DNA of 51,466 nucleotides from Firmicutes bacterium CAG:475 (GTDB lineage: Bacteria; Bacillota; Clostridia; Christensenellales; CAG-917), in assembly GCA_000434435.1 (NCBI GenBank), contig FR895540.1, positions 1 through 51,466 of the forward strand. The letters are read 5' to 3'. The notes below the pieces were generated by a model. It ran no database searches. It saw only the letters and a list, made by a program, of their open reading frames with translations, and was not told where the DNA came from. The translations under genes and the position numbers were made by a program. The first letter of the stretch is position 1. Each line of letters starts with the position of its first letter. Below are positions 36,420-46,873 of the stretch, piece after piece.

Positions 36420-37781
36420 ATGGGCAACTTACTTGGCGCAACCGCTGACCCTGACCCACTCAGTACGATATTATCGTCTATTTTTATCGTTGTTTTGGTG
36501 CTGTTTTCGGGATTTTTCTCGGCAACGGAAACCGCATTCAGCTCTGTCAACAGAACGAAACTCAAACTTAAAGCGCAAGGCGGCAACAAATCTGCGCAAA
36601 ACGCTTTAAAACTTCTTGACAAATTCGACAAACTTCTCTCAACCATCCTTGTGGGAAACAACCTTGTCAACATCACTCTTTCAGTACTTTTCAACAATAT
36701 TTTCGAAAGCGTGATTCCCGATCCGGCGGTAAGCGGCATCGTTTCGGTCGCCGTGTCCACCGTGATCGTTTTGACGTTTGGCGAAATCACCCCCAAAATG
36801 ATTGCAAAGGAAAATTCCGAGCGTATCTGCATGGCGTTCGGCTACCCCATCCGCGCAATTCAAATCATACTCTATCCGATTACGATTGTTTTTACAGGGT
36901 TGAAATTCGTTTTGAACAAGATTTTCAAATCTCGCGACGACGACAAAATCACAGAAGAAGAATTGCTTTCAATGGTCGAAGAAGCGCAAGAGGACGGCTC
37001 TCTCGACTCACAAGAGCGCGAGCTTATTTCGAGCGCAATAGAATTTGACGACTGCGAAGTGCAAGACATTCTCGTTCCGAGAGTCAACGTCATTGCCGTG
37101 CCGACCAATATGGCGATGGACAAAATCAAGGCGATTTTCCTCGAATACAACTATTCGAGATTGCCCGTCTACAAGGATTCCATCGATCAAATCGTTGGCA
37201 TGATCCACAACATCGACTTCTTCACTGCTCTTGAAAAAGGCGAGAAGAACATAAAAAATTACATAACGCCGGTTGCGGTGGCAACCGAGCATATGAAGAT
37301 ATCCGCATTGCTCAAAAGCATGCAACGCCAAAAAGTGCATATGGCTGTTGTCGTTGACGAGTACGGCGGAACGCTGGGTATAGTCACCCTCGAAGACATC
37401 CTTGAAGAACTCGTAGGTGAGATTTGGGACGAACACGACGAAGTTGTCAACTACTTCACCAAAATCGACGATGAAAATTATCTCGTAGACGGTCGTGCGG
37501 AACTCGATGATTTCTTCAAAGAATTTAATATCGACGAAAACGAAACGGAAAATTTCGACTCTCAAACCGTCAGCGGTTGGGTTATCGAGCAATTCGGAGA
37601 AATTCCAAAAAAGTCGCAATCTTTCGATTTCAAAAATCTCACGATCGTGGTCAATAAACTCACTGCACGCAAGATCATCGAAATCAAGGTCAGGATCAAT
37701 CCTCAAAAGGAGGAAGAGGATGAACAAGAGCAAAAGTTCAAACTCTTTGACAAACACGAAAAAGAGGAACAAAAAGACTGA
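36420..37781 (+). CDS. HlyC/CorC family transporter (DUF21/CNNM TM domain + CBS pair + CorC_HlyC domain)
   Basis: The DUF21 domain reads [17 protein letters not shown]...[18 protein letters not shown] pair region follows, then the C-terminal CorC_HlyC domain ([14 protein letters not shown]...[14 protein letters not shown]). The tail is acidic. Confidence 0.9.
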   Translation: MGNLLGATADPDPLSTILSSIFIVVLVLFSGFFSATETAFSSVNRTKLKLKAQGGNKSAQNALKLLDKFDKLLSTILVGNNLVNITLSVLFNNIFESVIPDPAVSGIVSVAVSTVIVLTFGEITPKMIAKENSERICMAFGYPIRAIQIILYPITIVFTGLKFVLNKIFKSRDDDKITEEELLSMVEEAQEDGSLDSQERELISSAIEFDDCEVQDILVPRVNVIAVPTNMAMDKIKAIFLEYNYSRLPVYKDSIDQIVGMIHNIDFFTALEKGEKNIKNYITPVAVATEHMKISALLKSMQRQKVHMAVVVDEYGGTLGIVTLEDILEELVGEIWDEHDEVVNYFTKIDDENYLVDGRAELDDFFKEFNIDENETENFDSQTVSGWVIEQFGEIPKKSQSFDFKNLTIVVNKLTARKIIEIKVRINPQKEEEDEQEQKFKLFDKHEKEEQKD

Positions 37782-37832
37782 TTTATTGCAATTTAGCGTT
37801 GCAAACGAAACTTAAATTTTCAAAATTCAGAG

Positions 37833-37866
37833 GAAAGCCACCGCTTAGGTGGCTTTCTATTTTTTG
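37833..37866 (+). terminator. intrinsic terminator
   Basis: The sequence is GAAAGCCACC gctta GGTGGCTTTC followed by TATTTTTT. Confidence 0.85.
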
Positions 37867-37913
37867 ATTAAAAATTCGTACGCCTTTTTATTTACGGGCT
37901 CTTTTTACAAGCG

Positions 37914-37938
37914 AAAAGGACGGAAATTCCGTCCTTTT
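37914..37938. terminator. bidirectional hairpin terminator
   Basis: The sequence is AAAA GGACGG aaatt CCGTCC TTTT. It lies downstream of the minus-strand gene 37966..38877. Confidence 0.7.
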
Positions 37939-37965
37939 CAAACAAAATCGAATATACGATTTAAC

Positions 37966-38877
37966 TTATTTCTTTTTCTCTTCCCTGCGCTTGTCGTTGA
38001 TGATTGCAAGAGCTTTTTCGTCGATAAGGGATATACCTTCGCTCTTTGCGATTTCAACCATTTGCGTGAGAGCTGCTTTGAGGAACACTCTGGGGATCTT
38101 TGTCAGTTTTGCGCATGCCTCGTCGGTAAATTTGACTTGCGGGTCGATTCTCGACGCCGCATATTTGACGGAGTTGACGTCCCCTTCCTTTGCCTGAATC
38201 TTTTCGGGATAAGGCTTTTTGAAACGAGAGCACCAGAAGTTTGTGCTATCGCGATAGCCATAATCGACGGGCACAGGCGGATAATTGTATCTTGAAACGC
38301 CGTTGATGATTGAATCGTAATACTCCTCTTTCATCCAGATTTTGTCGATTTTGAGGATAAAGTGCGCGCCGAACTTACTTGTAATTCCGTTGAAATTGCG
38401 ATACGGCGGTTCGTAGCCTTCAAGGCAACCGGGCTTATCGAGATATGCGTCTTCCAAAGAACTGTCCCACGTACACTCAAACACTTGAAATGCTTCTTCG
38501 ACGATTTGCGGACGGTCGCCGCCGAGCACGCTGTCACGCAACGTGAAGATGCAATCTTTCATTTTTTGCTCGGTCGTGTCGCCGGGGAACCCCAATCTCA
38601 CCGCTTCTTTAAAGAACTTTTTGTTGTCGGGGATAAAGTTGAGCGCAACTTTGCCCGTGCGCAAAATGTTTTGAGCGGTATTAGACGAGTTTCTGACCTC
38701 CAAAATCATCGCGTAATAGTCTTTGCCTGCGATGTAATACGGGAAGCAAAGAGAATACGAGCCGATGTTGGTTTGTCCGCTTTCCGACACCGTCGAGGCA
38801 AGCACGACGGGCATGGGGAAAAACGAAGACGTTTGATAAAAGTTGTCCACGATACGCAAATCTTTAAATTCGCTCAT
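37966..38877 (-). CDS. hypothetical protein, possibly flavin reductase-like (split-barrel) family
   Basis: The 303-aa product has an N-terminal segment (FFPMPVVLASTVSESGQTNIGSYSLCFP...NILRTGKVALNF) that resembles the flavin reductase-like domain pattern. The functional call is weak. Confidence 0.5.
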   Translation of the reverse strand: MSEFKDLRIVDNFYQTSSFFPMPVVLASTVSESGQTNIGSYSLCFPYYIAGKDYYAMILEVRNSSNTAQNILRTGKVALNFIPDNKKFFKEAVRLGFPGDTTEQKMKDCIFTLRDSVLGGDRPQIVEEAFQVFECTWDSSLEDAYLDKPGCLEGYEPPYRNFNGITSKFGAHFILKIDKIWMKEEYYDSIINGVSRYNYPPVPVDYGYRDSTNFWCSRFKKPYPEKIQAKEGDVNSVKYAASRIDPQVKFTDEACAKLTKIPRVFLKAALTQMVEIAKSEGISLIDEKALAIINDKRREEKKK

Positions 38878-38931
38878 AGTTTACCTTCTATAAAATTGTT
38901 TACGATATTATAACGCGTTAGATACTCGAAA

Positions 38932-40584
38932 TTATTTCAAACTTCTCACGGTGTAGCCCTCTTTTGCAAGCACACGCAATTGAAGGTTGAGTTGGTCGAT
39001 AAACTCTTTGTTGGAAGAAGTTTTGACAATCATATTGATAAGGTTTTCGGTTGCTTCGGCGTTGTCGGCGTTCGACAAAAGTTTGCGGATACCCCACGTG
39101 CCTTCGAGTTCGCTGGGCGTAAGGAGCAATTCTTCCTTTCTCGTACCGCTCTTTGCAAGGTCGATTGCGGGGAAAATTCTCTTTTCGCTGAGTCTGCGGT
39201 CGAGATGAATTTCCATATTGCCCGTGCCTTTAAACTCTTCGAAAATGACGTCGTCCATACGACTTCCCGTGTCAACAAGCGCGGTTGCGATGATGGTGAG
39301 CGATCCGCCGTTTTCGATGTTTCTTGCCGAGCCGAAAAAGCGTTTGGGACTATGCAATGCGCCCGGATCGATACCGCCGGAGAGCGTTCTGCCCGTAGGC
39401 GGAATCGTGAGGTTGTACGCTCTTGCAAGTCTTGTGAGCGAGTCGAGCAAAATCACGACGTCTTTGCCCATTTCGACAAGACGTTTTGCGCGTTCGAGCA
39501 ACATTTCGGCAGTCTTTGTGTGATGCTCGGGAAGTTCGTCAAACGTCGAATACACCACTTCGCCCTTTATGGAGCGTTGCATATCCGTGACTTCCTCGGG
39601 GCGTTCGTCGATGAGAAGCACTTTGAGTTCGATGTCGGGATAGTTGGTTGCGATGGAGCTTGCAATCATTTTCAGAAGCGTCGTCTTACCGGCTTTCGGG
39701 GGTGAAACGATGATGCCTCTTTGACCTTTTCCGATAGGCGATACGAGGTCGATGCAGCGAGTTGCAAACTCTCTGGGCGCAACTTCGAGGCGAATACGCT
39801 CGTCGGGATAAATTGGCACGAGATCGTCGAAATTGGGACGTTTGCCCACTTTGTCGGATTCGATGCCGTTGATCGTTGTTACGCTCACGACTGCGGACGG
39901 TCTGCCCTCTTGCACCTTTTTGCAAAGAGAAGTCACGTAGTCGCCTCTACGCAATCCGTATTGTTTAATTTTCATTGCGGACACGTAAGCGTCCATTTCG
40001 TTAAATTCACCGTTTTTTACGCGCAAAAAGCCGTATCCGTCGGGGTTGATTTCAAGATATCCTTCACGGATTTGTTCGGTTTCTTCATCATCTTTGCGTT
40101 CTGCGATAACGTTGTCGCGTTGCACTTGATTTTGGTTTTGATTGCGGAAATTGTTTTGTTTTTGACCGTAATTGTTTTGATTGAAGCCGTTGTTGGAATA
40201 TTGTTTTTGATTTTGTTGAGCGAATTGGCGCGTCGGCTGATATTTTGGTCTTTCAAATCCCTTAGGAAGCGAAATTTCGCCTATGACCTCAACTTTTGCG
40301 GGAGACGGCGTGAGAATTTGCTCGGGTTGAGCAAGGTTTTGAGCAATTTGCGGTTTTTCGCTTGTCGTTTGTTCGGTTGCATCGCCATACTTTTTAGGGC
40401 GACCGCGTCTCGGAGCTTGCGGCGGCTCTATTTCACCGTTGGTGATTTTAAAGACCATATCGACAAGTTCTGCCTTGTTCATTTTCGTTGGCGCGCTTAT
40501 GCCGACTTCTTTTGCAAGGGCGCGCATTTCGAAAATGCTTTTTGCCTCTAATTCTGATTTTGAGAATTTTTGCATCATTTTCAC
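38932..40584 (-). CDS. rho: transcription termination factor Rho with an N/Q-rich insertion in the N-terminal region
   Basis: The N-terminus is a Rho_N helix bundle (SELEAKSIFEMRALAKEVGI). An insertion of about 120 aa includes QQNQKQYSNNGFNQNNYGQKQNNFRNQNQNQ. A CSD-like RNA-binding domain (GYLEINPDGYGFLR) follows, then the RecA-like ATPase (PPKAGKTTLL). Confidence 0.95.
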   Translation of the reverse strand: MKMMQKFSKSELEAKSIFEMRALAKEVGISAPTKMNKAELVDMVFKITNGEIEPPQAPRRGRPKKYGDATEQTTSEKPQIAQNLAQPEQILTPSPAKVEVIGEISLPKGFERPKYQPTRQFAQQNQKQYSNNGFNQNNYGQKQNNFRNQNQNQVQRDNVIAERKDDEETEQIREGYLEINPDGYGFLRVKNGEFNEMDAYVSAMKIKQYGLRRGDYVTSLCKKVQEGRPSAVVSVTTINGIESDKVGKRPNFDDLVPIYPDERIRLEVAPREFATRCIDLVSPIGKGQRGIIVSPPKAGKTTLLKMIASSIATNYPDIELKVLLIDERPEEVTDMQRSIKGEVVYSTFDELPEHHTKTAEMLLERAKRLVEMGKDVVILLDSLTRLARAYNLTIPPTGRTLSGGIDPGALHSPKRFFGSARNIENGGSLTIIATALVDTGSRMDDVIFEEFKGTGNMEIHLDRRLSEKRIFPAIDLAKSGTRKEELLLTPSELEGTWGIRKLLSNADNAEATENLINMIVKTSSNKEFIDQLNLQLRVLAKEGYTVRSLK

Positions 40585-40721
40585 CTATATTCGAACTTAG
40601 CGTCCGAAAAAAATTTATATTACTTTTTTAATGCCAAACGGCGTATTTTGGTGTTATGCGTCATGGAGTATATCGTCCGTTGCCGACAGAAGTCGGCAAC
40701 GGCTTAAAAAGCGTAAATAAA

Positions 40722-41375
40722 TTATTTTGAAAGTTTGTCAAGCACCAAAACTTTTGTTTCTTCGCCGTCAAAATCGGCTCTGTCGAATTCAACCGTGCAA
40801 GAGTCTGCGTAAACGATGTTTTCGTCGTCGAAAAGGGACAAAAACTCATTGACTTTGTCGATGTCAAACTCGCAATCTTTGGTCTTGTAGTGCATGGGGA
40901 TCACGACATCGGGCATGATACGATCGACGTATTCTTTTGCTTGTTGCGCATCTATCGTATAGTTGCCTCCGACAGGAACGAGCAACACGTTTACGGGCAT
41001 AAGAGATTCAACCAAAATTGCGTTGCACTCCTCGCCGATGTCGCCCATATGGCACACGTCAACACCGTCCATACGATATTTGAAAATGATATTTTCCCCT
41101 CTCAGACTGCCCTTTTTATCATCGTGATACGAGCGTTGAGCAAGGATATGTACGCCGCCGATTTCGTATGCGCCCACTCTGTTGAGCACTGTGGGATCGC
41201 CGCCTACTTTCGAAACGCAGCAATGATCGTTGTGTGCGTGAGAAACCGTGACGATGTCTGCATCGACGTCGGGCATCTCATAGCCTACGTATGAATGATA
41301 AGGATCGGTGACAATCTTCGTTCCCGTGCTCTCTTCAAGCAAAAACGAGGAATGACCAAGCCATGTGATTTTCAT
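40722..41375 (-). CDS. metal-dependent hydrolase, MBL fold (UPF0173-like)
   Basis: The product has MKITWLGHSSFLLEE and the HAHNDH motif. It is 217 aa long. Confidence 0.85.
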   Translation of the reverse strand: MKITWLGHSSFLLEESTGTKIVTDPYHSYVGYEMPDVDADIVTVSHAHNDHCCVSKVGGDPTVLNRVGAYEIGGVHILAQRSYHDDKKGSLRGENIIFKYRMDGVDVCHMGDIGEECNAILVESLMPVNVLLVPVGGNYTIDAQQAKEYVDRIMPDVVIPMHYKTKDCEFDIDKVNEFLSLFDDENIVYADSCTVEFDRADFDGEETKVLVLDKLSK

Positions 41376-41392
41376 CTTTTACTCCTTTTGTG

Positions 41393-42541
41393 TCAACCGT
41401 TGAGTCTGTCCACAAGCTCGCGGATTTTTTGCGAGGGATCGAGAAGATTCGCAACGGATTCGTTGACGTTTGCGGCGGCGATGATATAAGAAATATATTT
41501 TGACAAATCCGCTTCCACAAACCATTCGCACTCTTTGAGTTCTGGAATACGATACGTGAGGTTTGTCGAAAGCACTGCGTCAAACACGCCGTCCTGATAT
41601 GCTTTGTTAAATTTGTCCACACCTTCGGTGAAGAGCGAGAACGTTGCAGCAAGGAAAACCTTTTTTGCGCCCTTCTCTTTTATCTCTTTTGCAAGTTTGA
41701 GGATGGAATCGCCCGTTGCAATCATATCGTCTGCAACAAAGACGTTCATACCCTCGACCGACGCGCCGATATACTCGTGCGCAACGATGGGATTGCGGCC
41801 GTTGATGATTGTTGAATAATCGCGTCTTTTGTAGAACATACCGAGGTCGAGTCCGAGCACGGAAGCGTAAAATACGTTTCTCGTCATTGCGCCTTCGTCG
41901 GGAGAAATGACCATGAGGCTGTCTTTTTTGAGTTTGACGTCGGGAAAACGTCTTGTGAGGCATTTGAGGATTTGATAGTGTGCAAAATAGTTGTCAAATC
42001 CCATAAGCGGCACTGCGTTTTGCACTCTCGGGTCGTGAGCATCGAACGTGATGATGTCCGCAACGCCCATATTTTGAAGTTCGAGAAGCATTTGAGCGCA
42101 GTCAAGCGATTCTCTTGCGCTGCGTCTGTGCTGTCTGCCGCCGTAGAGCATCGGCATAATGACCGTGATACGCTCGGGCTTGCCCATGCATGAACATATT
42201 ATGCGTTTGAGGTTTTGAAAATGCTCGTCGGGTGTGAGCGGAATCTCTTTTCCGAAGAAAGGATAGGTCACACCGTGATTGCCCGGATCGCAAATGATGT
42301 ACAAGTCTTTGCCGCGAACGGTTTCGCAGATGATACCCTTTGCGTCGCCGTTTGTGAAGCGCGGGCAGTCGGATTTAAGAATAAACGTTCCGTTGTGGAG
42401 TTTGTTGCCGAGGTGCGATTCGCTGAACAGTGTGATGAGTCGTTTGTCTATAAGTTGAGCAAGTTCTTCAGCGCCGGGAGTGGCGATGATGGCGATGGGC
42501 GCACTGGGCGTCTCTCCGTAAATAGATAAATCCGGTGTCAT
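41393..42541 (-). CDS. prs: ribose-phosphate pyrophosphokinase family protein (long form)
   Basis: The product has a PRPP synthetase-like organisation (ITFDAHDPRVQNA and a VADDMIATGDS PRPP-binding loop). The likely start is the ATG at 42541, with GGAGGC 5 nt upstream. At 382 aa it is longer than classical Prs. Confidence 0.75.
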   Translation of the reverse strand: MTPDLSIYGETPSAPIAIIATPGAEELAQLIDKRLITLFSESHLGNKLHNGTFILKSDCPRFTNGDAKGIICETVRGKDLYIICDPGNHGVTYPFFGKEIPLTPDEHFQNLKRIICSCMGKPERITVIMPMLYGGRQHRRSARESLDCAQMLLELQNMGVADIITFDAHDPRVQNAVPLMGFDNYFAHYQILKCLTRRFPDVKLKKDSLMVISPDEGAMTRNVFYASVLGLDLGMFYKRRDYSTIINGRNPIVAHEYIGASVEGMNVFVADDMIATGDSILKLAKEIKEKGAKKVFLAATFSLFTEGVDKFNKAYQDGVFDAVLSTNLTYRIPELKECEWFVEADLSKYISYIIAAANVNESVANLLDPSQKIRELVDRLNG

Positions 42542-42772
42542 TTGTGCCTCCGTTGTTTTCAAGCAAAGTATAACAAATAAATTTTGGATTGACAATCATT
42601 ATTGCCAAACAAAAAAATAATATTTTTTATTCGAGATTTTTATGCTATTTTCGCATTATTTTCGCATTTTTTTAATGCTTTTTTGTCGGCATTTACCCCC
42701 CCATTGGAAAAAAAACGCGTCAACGTATTCGTTTTTGTGTTTTAAGCAAATTCATATAGGTTTTGCCTATCC

Positions 42773-43912
42773 TCAAATATCCAGAATTTCTACCAATATC
42801 GAATTCATAACAGCCATACCCTCTCTTGTCAAAGACGCATAGCCGTTTTTTCTTTCAAAATACTTTTCCAGATTTTGCGGAACAAGTGGCAAAAGCTCTT
42901 CTTTTATGCCTTTATTCGTGCGCAAAGCAAGCATAATTTCCTCTTCTTTCACGTCTTTTCCAGTAAGATATTCGCAAAAATCACGGCAAATTTCGTCATA
43001 TGTATTTGCGCTTTCCACAGCATTTTTATAGTCGCTTAACGAGCGGAAATTCGCATACCTGACCTGCCCGGAAAAATCTTTCGTCGTATTGACGTTTATC
43101 TTCGATTTTTTCAAAAAAGAATGTGCGCCTGCGCCGAAGCCGAGATATTCTTCCCTTTGCCAATAGCCGAAATTGTGCAAGGAAATCTTGCCGTCCTTGG
43201 CAAAGTTTGACACTTCGTATCTTTCAAATCCGCTTGCTTTTGCGCAATCGTAAGCACAATCGAACAAATCCTGCGTTTTATCGTCGTCGGGCAAGACAAT
43301 TTTGCCTTGTTTGACCATTCTATCAAGCGCAGTGCCCTCTTCGACGCTCAATTCGTACATCGACAAGTGTTTCACAAGCGGCGCAAGCGTTTCGACTTCG
43401 GCTTTTATTCGCTCATTCGTGTCGAACGGCAGTCCGATTATAAGGTCGGCGGACACGTTGTCGAAATAACGCCTTGCAAGTTTGATTTTTTCTATTGCGG
43501 TTTTTGCGTCGTGAAGCCTGCCGATTGCTTTCAAATTGTCGTCGAAAAGGCTCTGAACTCCTATGCTGATTCTGTTTACGCCGACGTCTTTGTAAAGTTC
43601 GAGTTTTTGCTCGTTTATGCTTTCGGGATTGCACTCTATCGTCCACTCTTTAAGGTGGGATAAATCGAACCTGCAGGCAAGATTGTTGAGAAGCGACCAC
43701 ATAAGACTTCCTTCAATCAAACTCGGCGTGCCACCGCCAACGTAAATCGTGTCTGTTTTCTCTTTTCCGTATTGCTCGCTTGCAAGCCTGATTTCATCGT
43801 CTAACACGTTTAGATACTCGAAAATCGCTTGTTTATCATGGCAAGCGTAAGAGTTGAAATCGCAGTAGCGACACTTTGATTTGCAAAACGGAACATGGAT
43901 GTAAAGTTGCAT
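42773..43912 (-). CDS. hemW: radical SAM family heme chaperone HemW (oxygen-independent coproporphyrinogen oxidase-like)
   Basis: The product has the HVPFCKSKCRYCDF radical SAM cluster. It lies downstream of lepA, the usual arrangement. Confidence 0.9.
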   Translation of the reverse strand: MQLYIHVPFCKSKCRYCDFNSYACHDKQAIFEYLNVLDDEIRLASEQYGKEKTDTIYVGGGTPSLIEGSLMWSLLNNLACRFDLSHLKEWTIECNPESINEQKLELYKDVGVNRISIGVQSLFDDNLKAIGRLHDAKTAIEKIKLARRYFDNVSADLIIGLPFDTNERIKAEVETLAPLVKHLSMYELSVEEGTALDRMVKQGKIVLPDDDKTQDLFDCAYDCAKASGFERYEVSNFAKDGKISLHNFGYWQREEYLGFGAGAHSFLKKSKINVNTTKDFSGQVRYANFRSLSDYKNAVESANTYDEICRDFCEYLTGKDVKEEEIMLALRTNKGIKEELLPLVPQNLEKYFERKNGYASLTREGMAVMNSILVEILDI

Positions 43913-43960
43913 GTTTTTTATTGAAAACCCCGAAAATTTTGACGTTTTCGGGGCGATTTT

Positions 43961-45763
43961 TTATTTGTTGGGATCGACTTTGAGTATGGAAATAAACGCC
44001 TCGCTCGGCACTTCTACGCTGCCCACTTTGCGCATACGTTTCTTTCCTTCTTTTTGCTTTTCAAGCAGTTTTTTCTTTCTCGTTATATCGCCGCCGTAGC
44101 ACTTTGCAAGCACGTCTTTGCGCATTGCTTTCACCGTTTCTCTTGCGATGATTTTGCCGCCGACGGTTGCTTGAATGGGGATTTCGAAAAGCTGTCTGGG
44201 AATGACGTCTTTAAGTTTTTCGGCAATACCTCTGCCCCTTGCGTATGCGTTATCTTTGTGCACTATAATGGAAAGTGCGTCGCACATATCGCCGTTTATC
44301 ATCATATCAAGACGTACAAGATCACTCTTTTCGTATCCGTCCATCTCGTAGTCGAGAGATGCATAACCGCGCGTCCTGGACTTTAAACTGTCGAAAAAGT
44401 CGTAGATTATTTCGTTGAGCGGCATACGATAGATAATTTGCACGCGAGTGGGATCGATATAGCTCATATCGATGAAAACTCCCCTCTTGCCTTGGCAAAG
44501 CTCCATAATATGTCCGACGTACTCGGGCGGAGTATAAAGCGTTGCTTTGACGATAGGCTCTTCGATGCTTGCGATTTCGCTGGGATTTGGCAAAGCCGTA
44601 GGATTGTCGATGGTCAACTTTTCGCCGTTGGTTTTTGTTACGATATACGAAACGCTGGGCGCAGTGGTGATAAGATCGAGATCGAACTCTCTTTCAAGTC
44701 TTTCCTCGATGATTTCCATGTGCAAAAGTCCCAAAAATCCGCAACGGAATCCAAAACCGAGTGCGGTTGAAACTTCGGGATCGAAGCTCAAAGACGCGTC
44801 GTTGAGTTGCAATTTCAAAAGAGCTTCTTTGAGATCATCGTATCTTGCGCCGTCCGCAGGGAAAACGCCCGTATAAACCATCGGAGTTGCCTTTTTGTAG
44901 CCGGGAAGAGCTTCTTTTGCCGGGTTTTGAGCGTTGGTGATCGTATCGCCCACAGCAGTGTCGCTGACGTTCTTTATGCTTGCCGCGATATAGCCGACTT
45001 CACCCGAGGAAAGCACGTCGCAAGGACGCATACCCGGTGAAAAATAACCGACTTCGACAACCTCGAACGTCTTGCCCGACGACATCATTTTTATCGTATC
45101 GCCGACTTTTACAGTGCCGTCCATTATGCGCACCATAGAAATTGCGCCGCGATAATTGTCGTAAAAACTATCGAAAATTAGCGCTTTGAGAGGAGCGTCG
45201 TCATCGCCTTGCGGAGCAGGCAATTTTTCGATTATTTGCTCGATAAGATTGTCAATGCCTATGCCCTCTTTTGCAGAAACCAGCGGACAACCGTCGGTGT
45301 CAAGCCCTATTATGTCCTCAACTTCGAGTTTCACTCCGTCAACGTCGGCGGAAGCAAGGTCGATTTTGTTGATAACAGGCAATATTTCAAGGTCGTTTTC
45401 AAGAGCAAGATAGACGTTTGAGAGCGTTTGCGCCTCTACGCCCTGCGTTGCGTCGACGACAAGCAATGCGCCCTCGCAAGCGGCAAGAGAGCGAGATACC
45501 TCGTAGGTAAAGTCAACGTGACCGGGAGTGTCGATTAGATTGAAAATGTACTCCTCACCCTTGTACTGATAATACAATCTGCACGTTTGCAGTTTTATGG
45601 TGATGCCTCTCTCTTTTTCGATTTCCATATTGTCGAGCAATTGCTCGCTCATTTCGCGCGCGGAAACCGTACCCGTCTTTTCGATGAGCCTGTCGGCAAG
45701 CGTACTCTTGCCGTGGTCGATGTGCGCGATTATGGAAAAATTGCGTATATGTTTCTTGCTCAA
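43961..45763 (-). CDS. lepA: translation elongation factor 4
   Basis: The 600-aa product has [33 protein letters not shown] and the LepA C-terminal domain. Confidence 0.95.
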   Translation of the reverse strand: MSKKHIRNFSIIAHIDHGKSTLADRLIEKTGTVSAREMSEQLLDNMEIEKERGITIKLQTCRLYYQYKGEEYIFNLIDTPGHVDFTYEVSRSLAACEGALLVVDATQGVEAQTLSNVYLALENDLEILPVINKIDLASADVDGVKLEVEDIIGLDTDGCPLVSAKEGIGIDNLIEQIIEKLPAPQGDDDAPLKALIFDSFYDNYRGAISMVRIMDGTVKVGDTIKMMSSGKTFEVVEVGYFSPGMRPCDVLSSGEVGYIAASIKNVSDTAVGDTITNAQNPAKEALPGYKKATPMVYTGVFPADGARYDDLKEALLKLQLNDASLSFDPEVSTALGFGFRCGFLGLLHMEIIEERLEREFDLDLITTAPSVSYIVTKTNGEKLTIDNPTALPNPSEIASIEEPIVKATLYTPPEYVGHIMELCQGKRGVFIDMSYIDPTRVQIIYRMPLNEIIYDFFDSLKSRTRGYASLDYEMDGYEKSDLVRLDMMINGDMCDALSIIVHKDNAYARGRGIAEKLKDVIPRQLFEIPIQATVGGKIIARETVKAMRKDVLAKCYGGDITRKKKLLEKQKEGKKRMRKVGSVEVPSEAFISILKVDPNK

Positions 45764-45873
45764 TTTGCCCTCGTATTTTGCGATTTCTTACAAATATATA
45801 AAAAATCGCAATAAATTTTGAAAACTGTTGACTTTATTATAATTGAATAATAAAATTTTATCAACAAAATAAA

Positions 45874-46713
45874 ATGACAAATACGGGGGTTTCAAGCATG
45901 AATTTTCAATGGCTTTTCGATAGACCTATCGCGCACCGCGGTTTGCACGACGAACAGTATCCCGAAAACAGCATGCCCGCTTACGAGCAAGCGATCGCGC
46001 ACAATTTCAACATCGAAATCGACGTTCACGTTTCAAAAGACGGCGAAGTGGTGGTTTTCCACGACGACAACCTCAAAAGAGTGTGCGGCGTTGACAAACT
46101 CGTCAAAGATTGCACTGTGAAGGAGCTTAAATCATATCCGCTTGCAAACAGCGAGTACGTTATCCCCACTTTTAAGGAATTTCTTGCGCTAGTTGACGGC
46201 AAAGTCGGTATTTTGTGCGAGATAAAAGGCATCAATCCCTTCGATCATCGCATCGTGCGCGAAACGATAAAAGTGCTCGACGAAGTCGGATACAAAGGCA
46301 ACATCGCCCTTCAATCCTTCGATTTCGGCGCGGTGCTTTATGCCAAACGTCATTCGAACTACGCTTGCGGCGAACTTTGCACCTGGTGCTCCCCCGACGG
46401 AAAACACAATAGATGGTGGGCAACCGATTTTATGGGCAAACTTTGGATAAACAAAATCACGCGCCCCGATTTCATCGCATACGACGTGCGTGCGGTTGAC
46501 AGAAATTTGCCGGAAAACAAATGGATTGTCAAATGGAGCAAAAAATTGCCTATCCTTATGTGGACGATAAAGTCGCAAGAAACGCTCGAAAACGCCACAA
46601 AGTACGCAAACAACGTGATTTTCGAGCATATGGACGCCGCACTGATGGACAGCCTTGCACGCAAGTTTATGCCCTTCCGCTGTCCTGAAAAGAACTTGCC
46701 CTCGAACAAATAA
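45874..46713 (+). CDS. glycerophosphodiester phosphodiesterase family protein
   Basis: The GDPD motifs HRGLHDEQYPENS and EIDVHVSKDGEVVVFHDDNL are present. An alternative start is the ATG at 45898. Confidence 0.85.
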   Translation: MTNTGVSSMNFQWLFDRPIAHRGLHDEQYPENSMPAYEQAIAHNFNIEIDVHVSKDGEVVVFHDDNLKRVCGVDKLVKDCTVKELKSYPLANSEYVIPTFKEFLALVDGKVGILCEIKGINPFDHRIVRETIKVLDEVGYKGNIALQSFDFGAVLYAKRHSNYACGELCTWCSPDGKHNRWWATDFMGKLWINKITRPDFIAYDVRAVDRNLPENKWIVKWSKKLPILMWTIKSQETLENATKYANNVIFEHMDAALMDSLARKFMPFRCPEKNLPSNK

Positions 46714-46817
46714 TCGATTGCAAGTTTGCAGCCGCGATAAATTTGCGACAAGCAAAACCGTAAGCAGCAAGAGACAATTCATTCGATAAAATTGCAACAA
46801 TGTGGTTTTTAACAACT

Positions 46818-46846
46818 AAAAACGACGCCCGTTGAGCGTCGTTTTT
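46818..46846. terminator. bidirectional intrinsic terminator between convergent genes
   Basis: The sequence is AAAA ACGACGC ccgttga GCGTCGT TTTT. Confidence 0.8.
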
Positions 46847-46873
46847 AATATAGATCTTACGATAAACTTCGTT

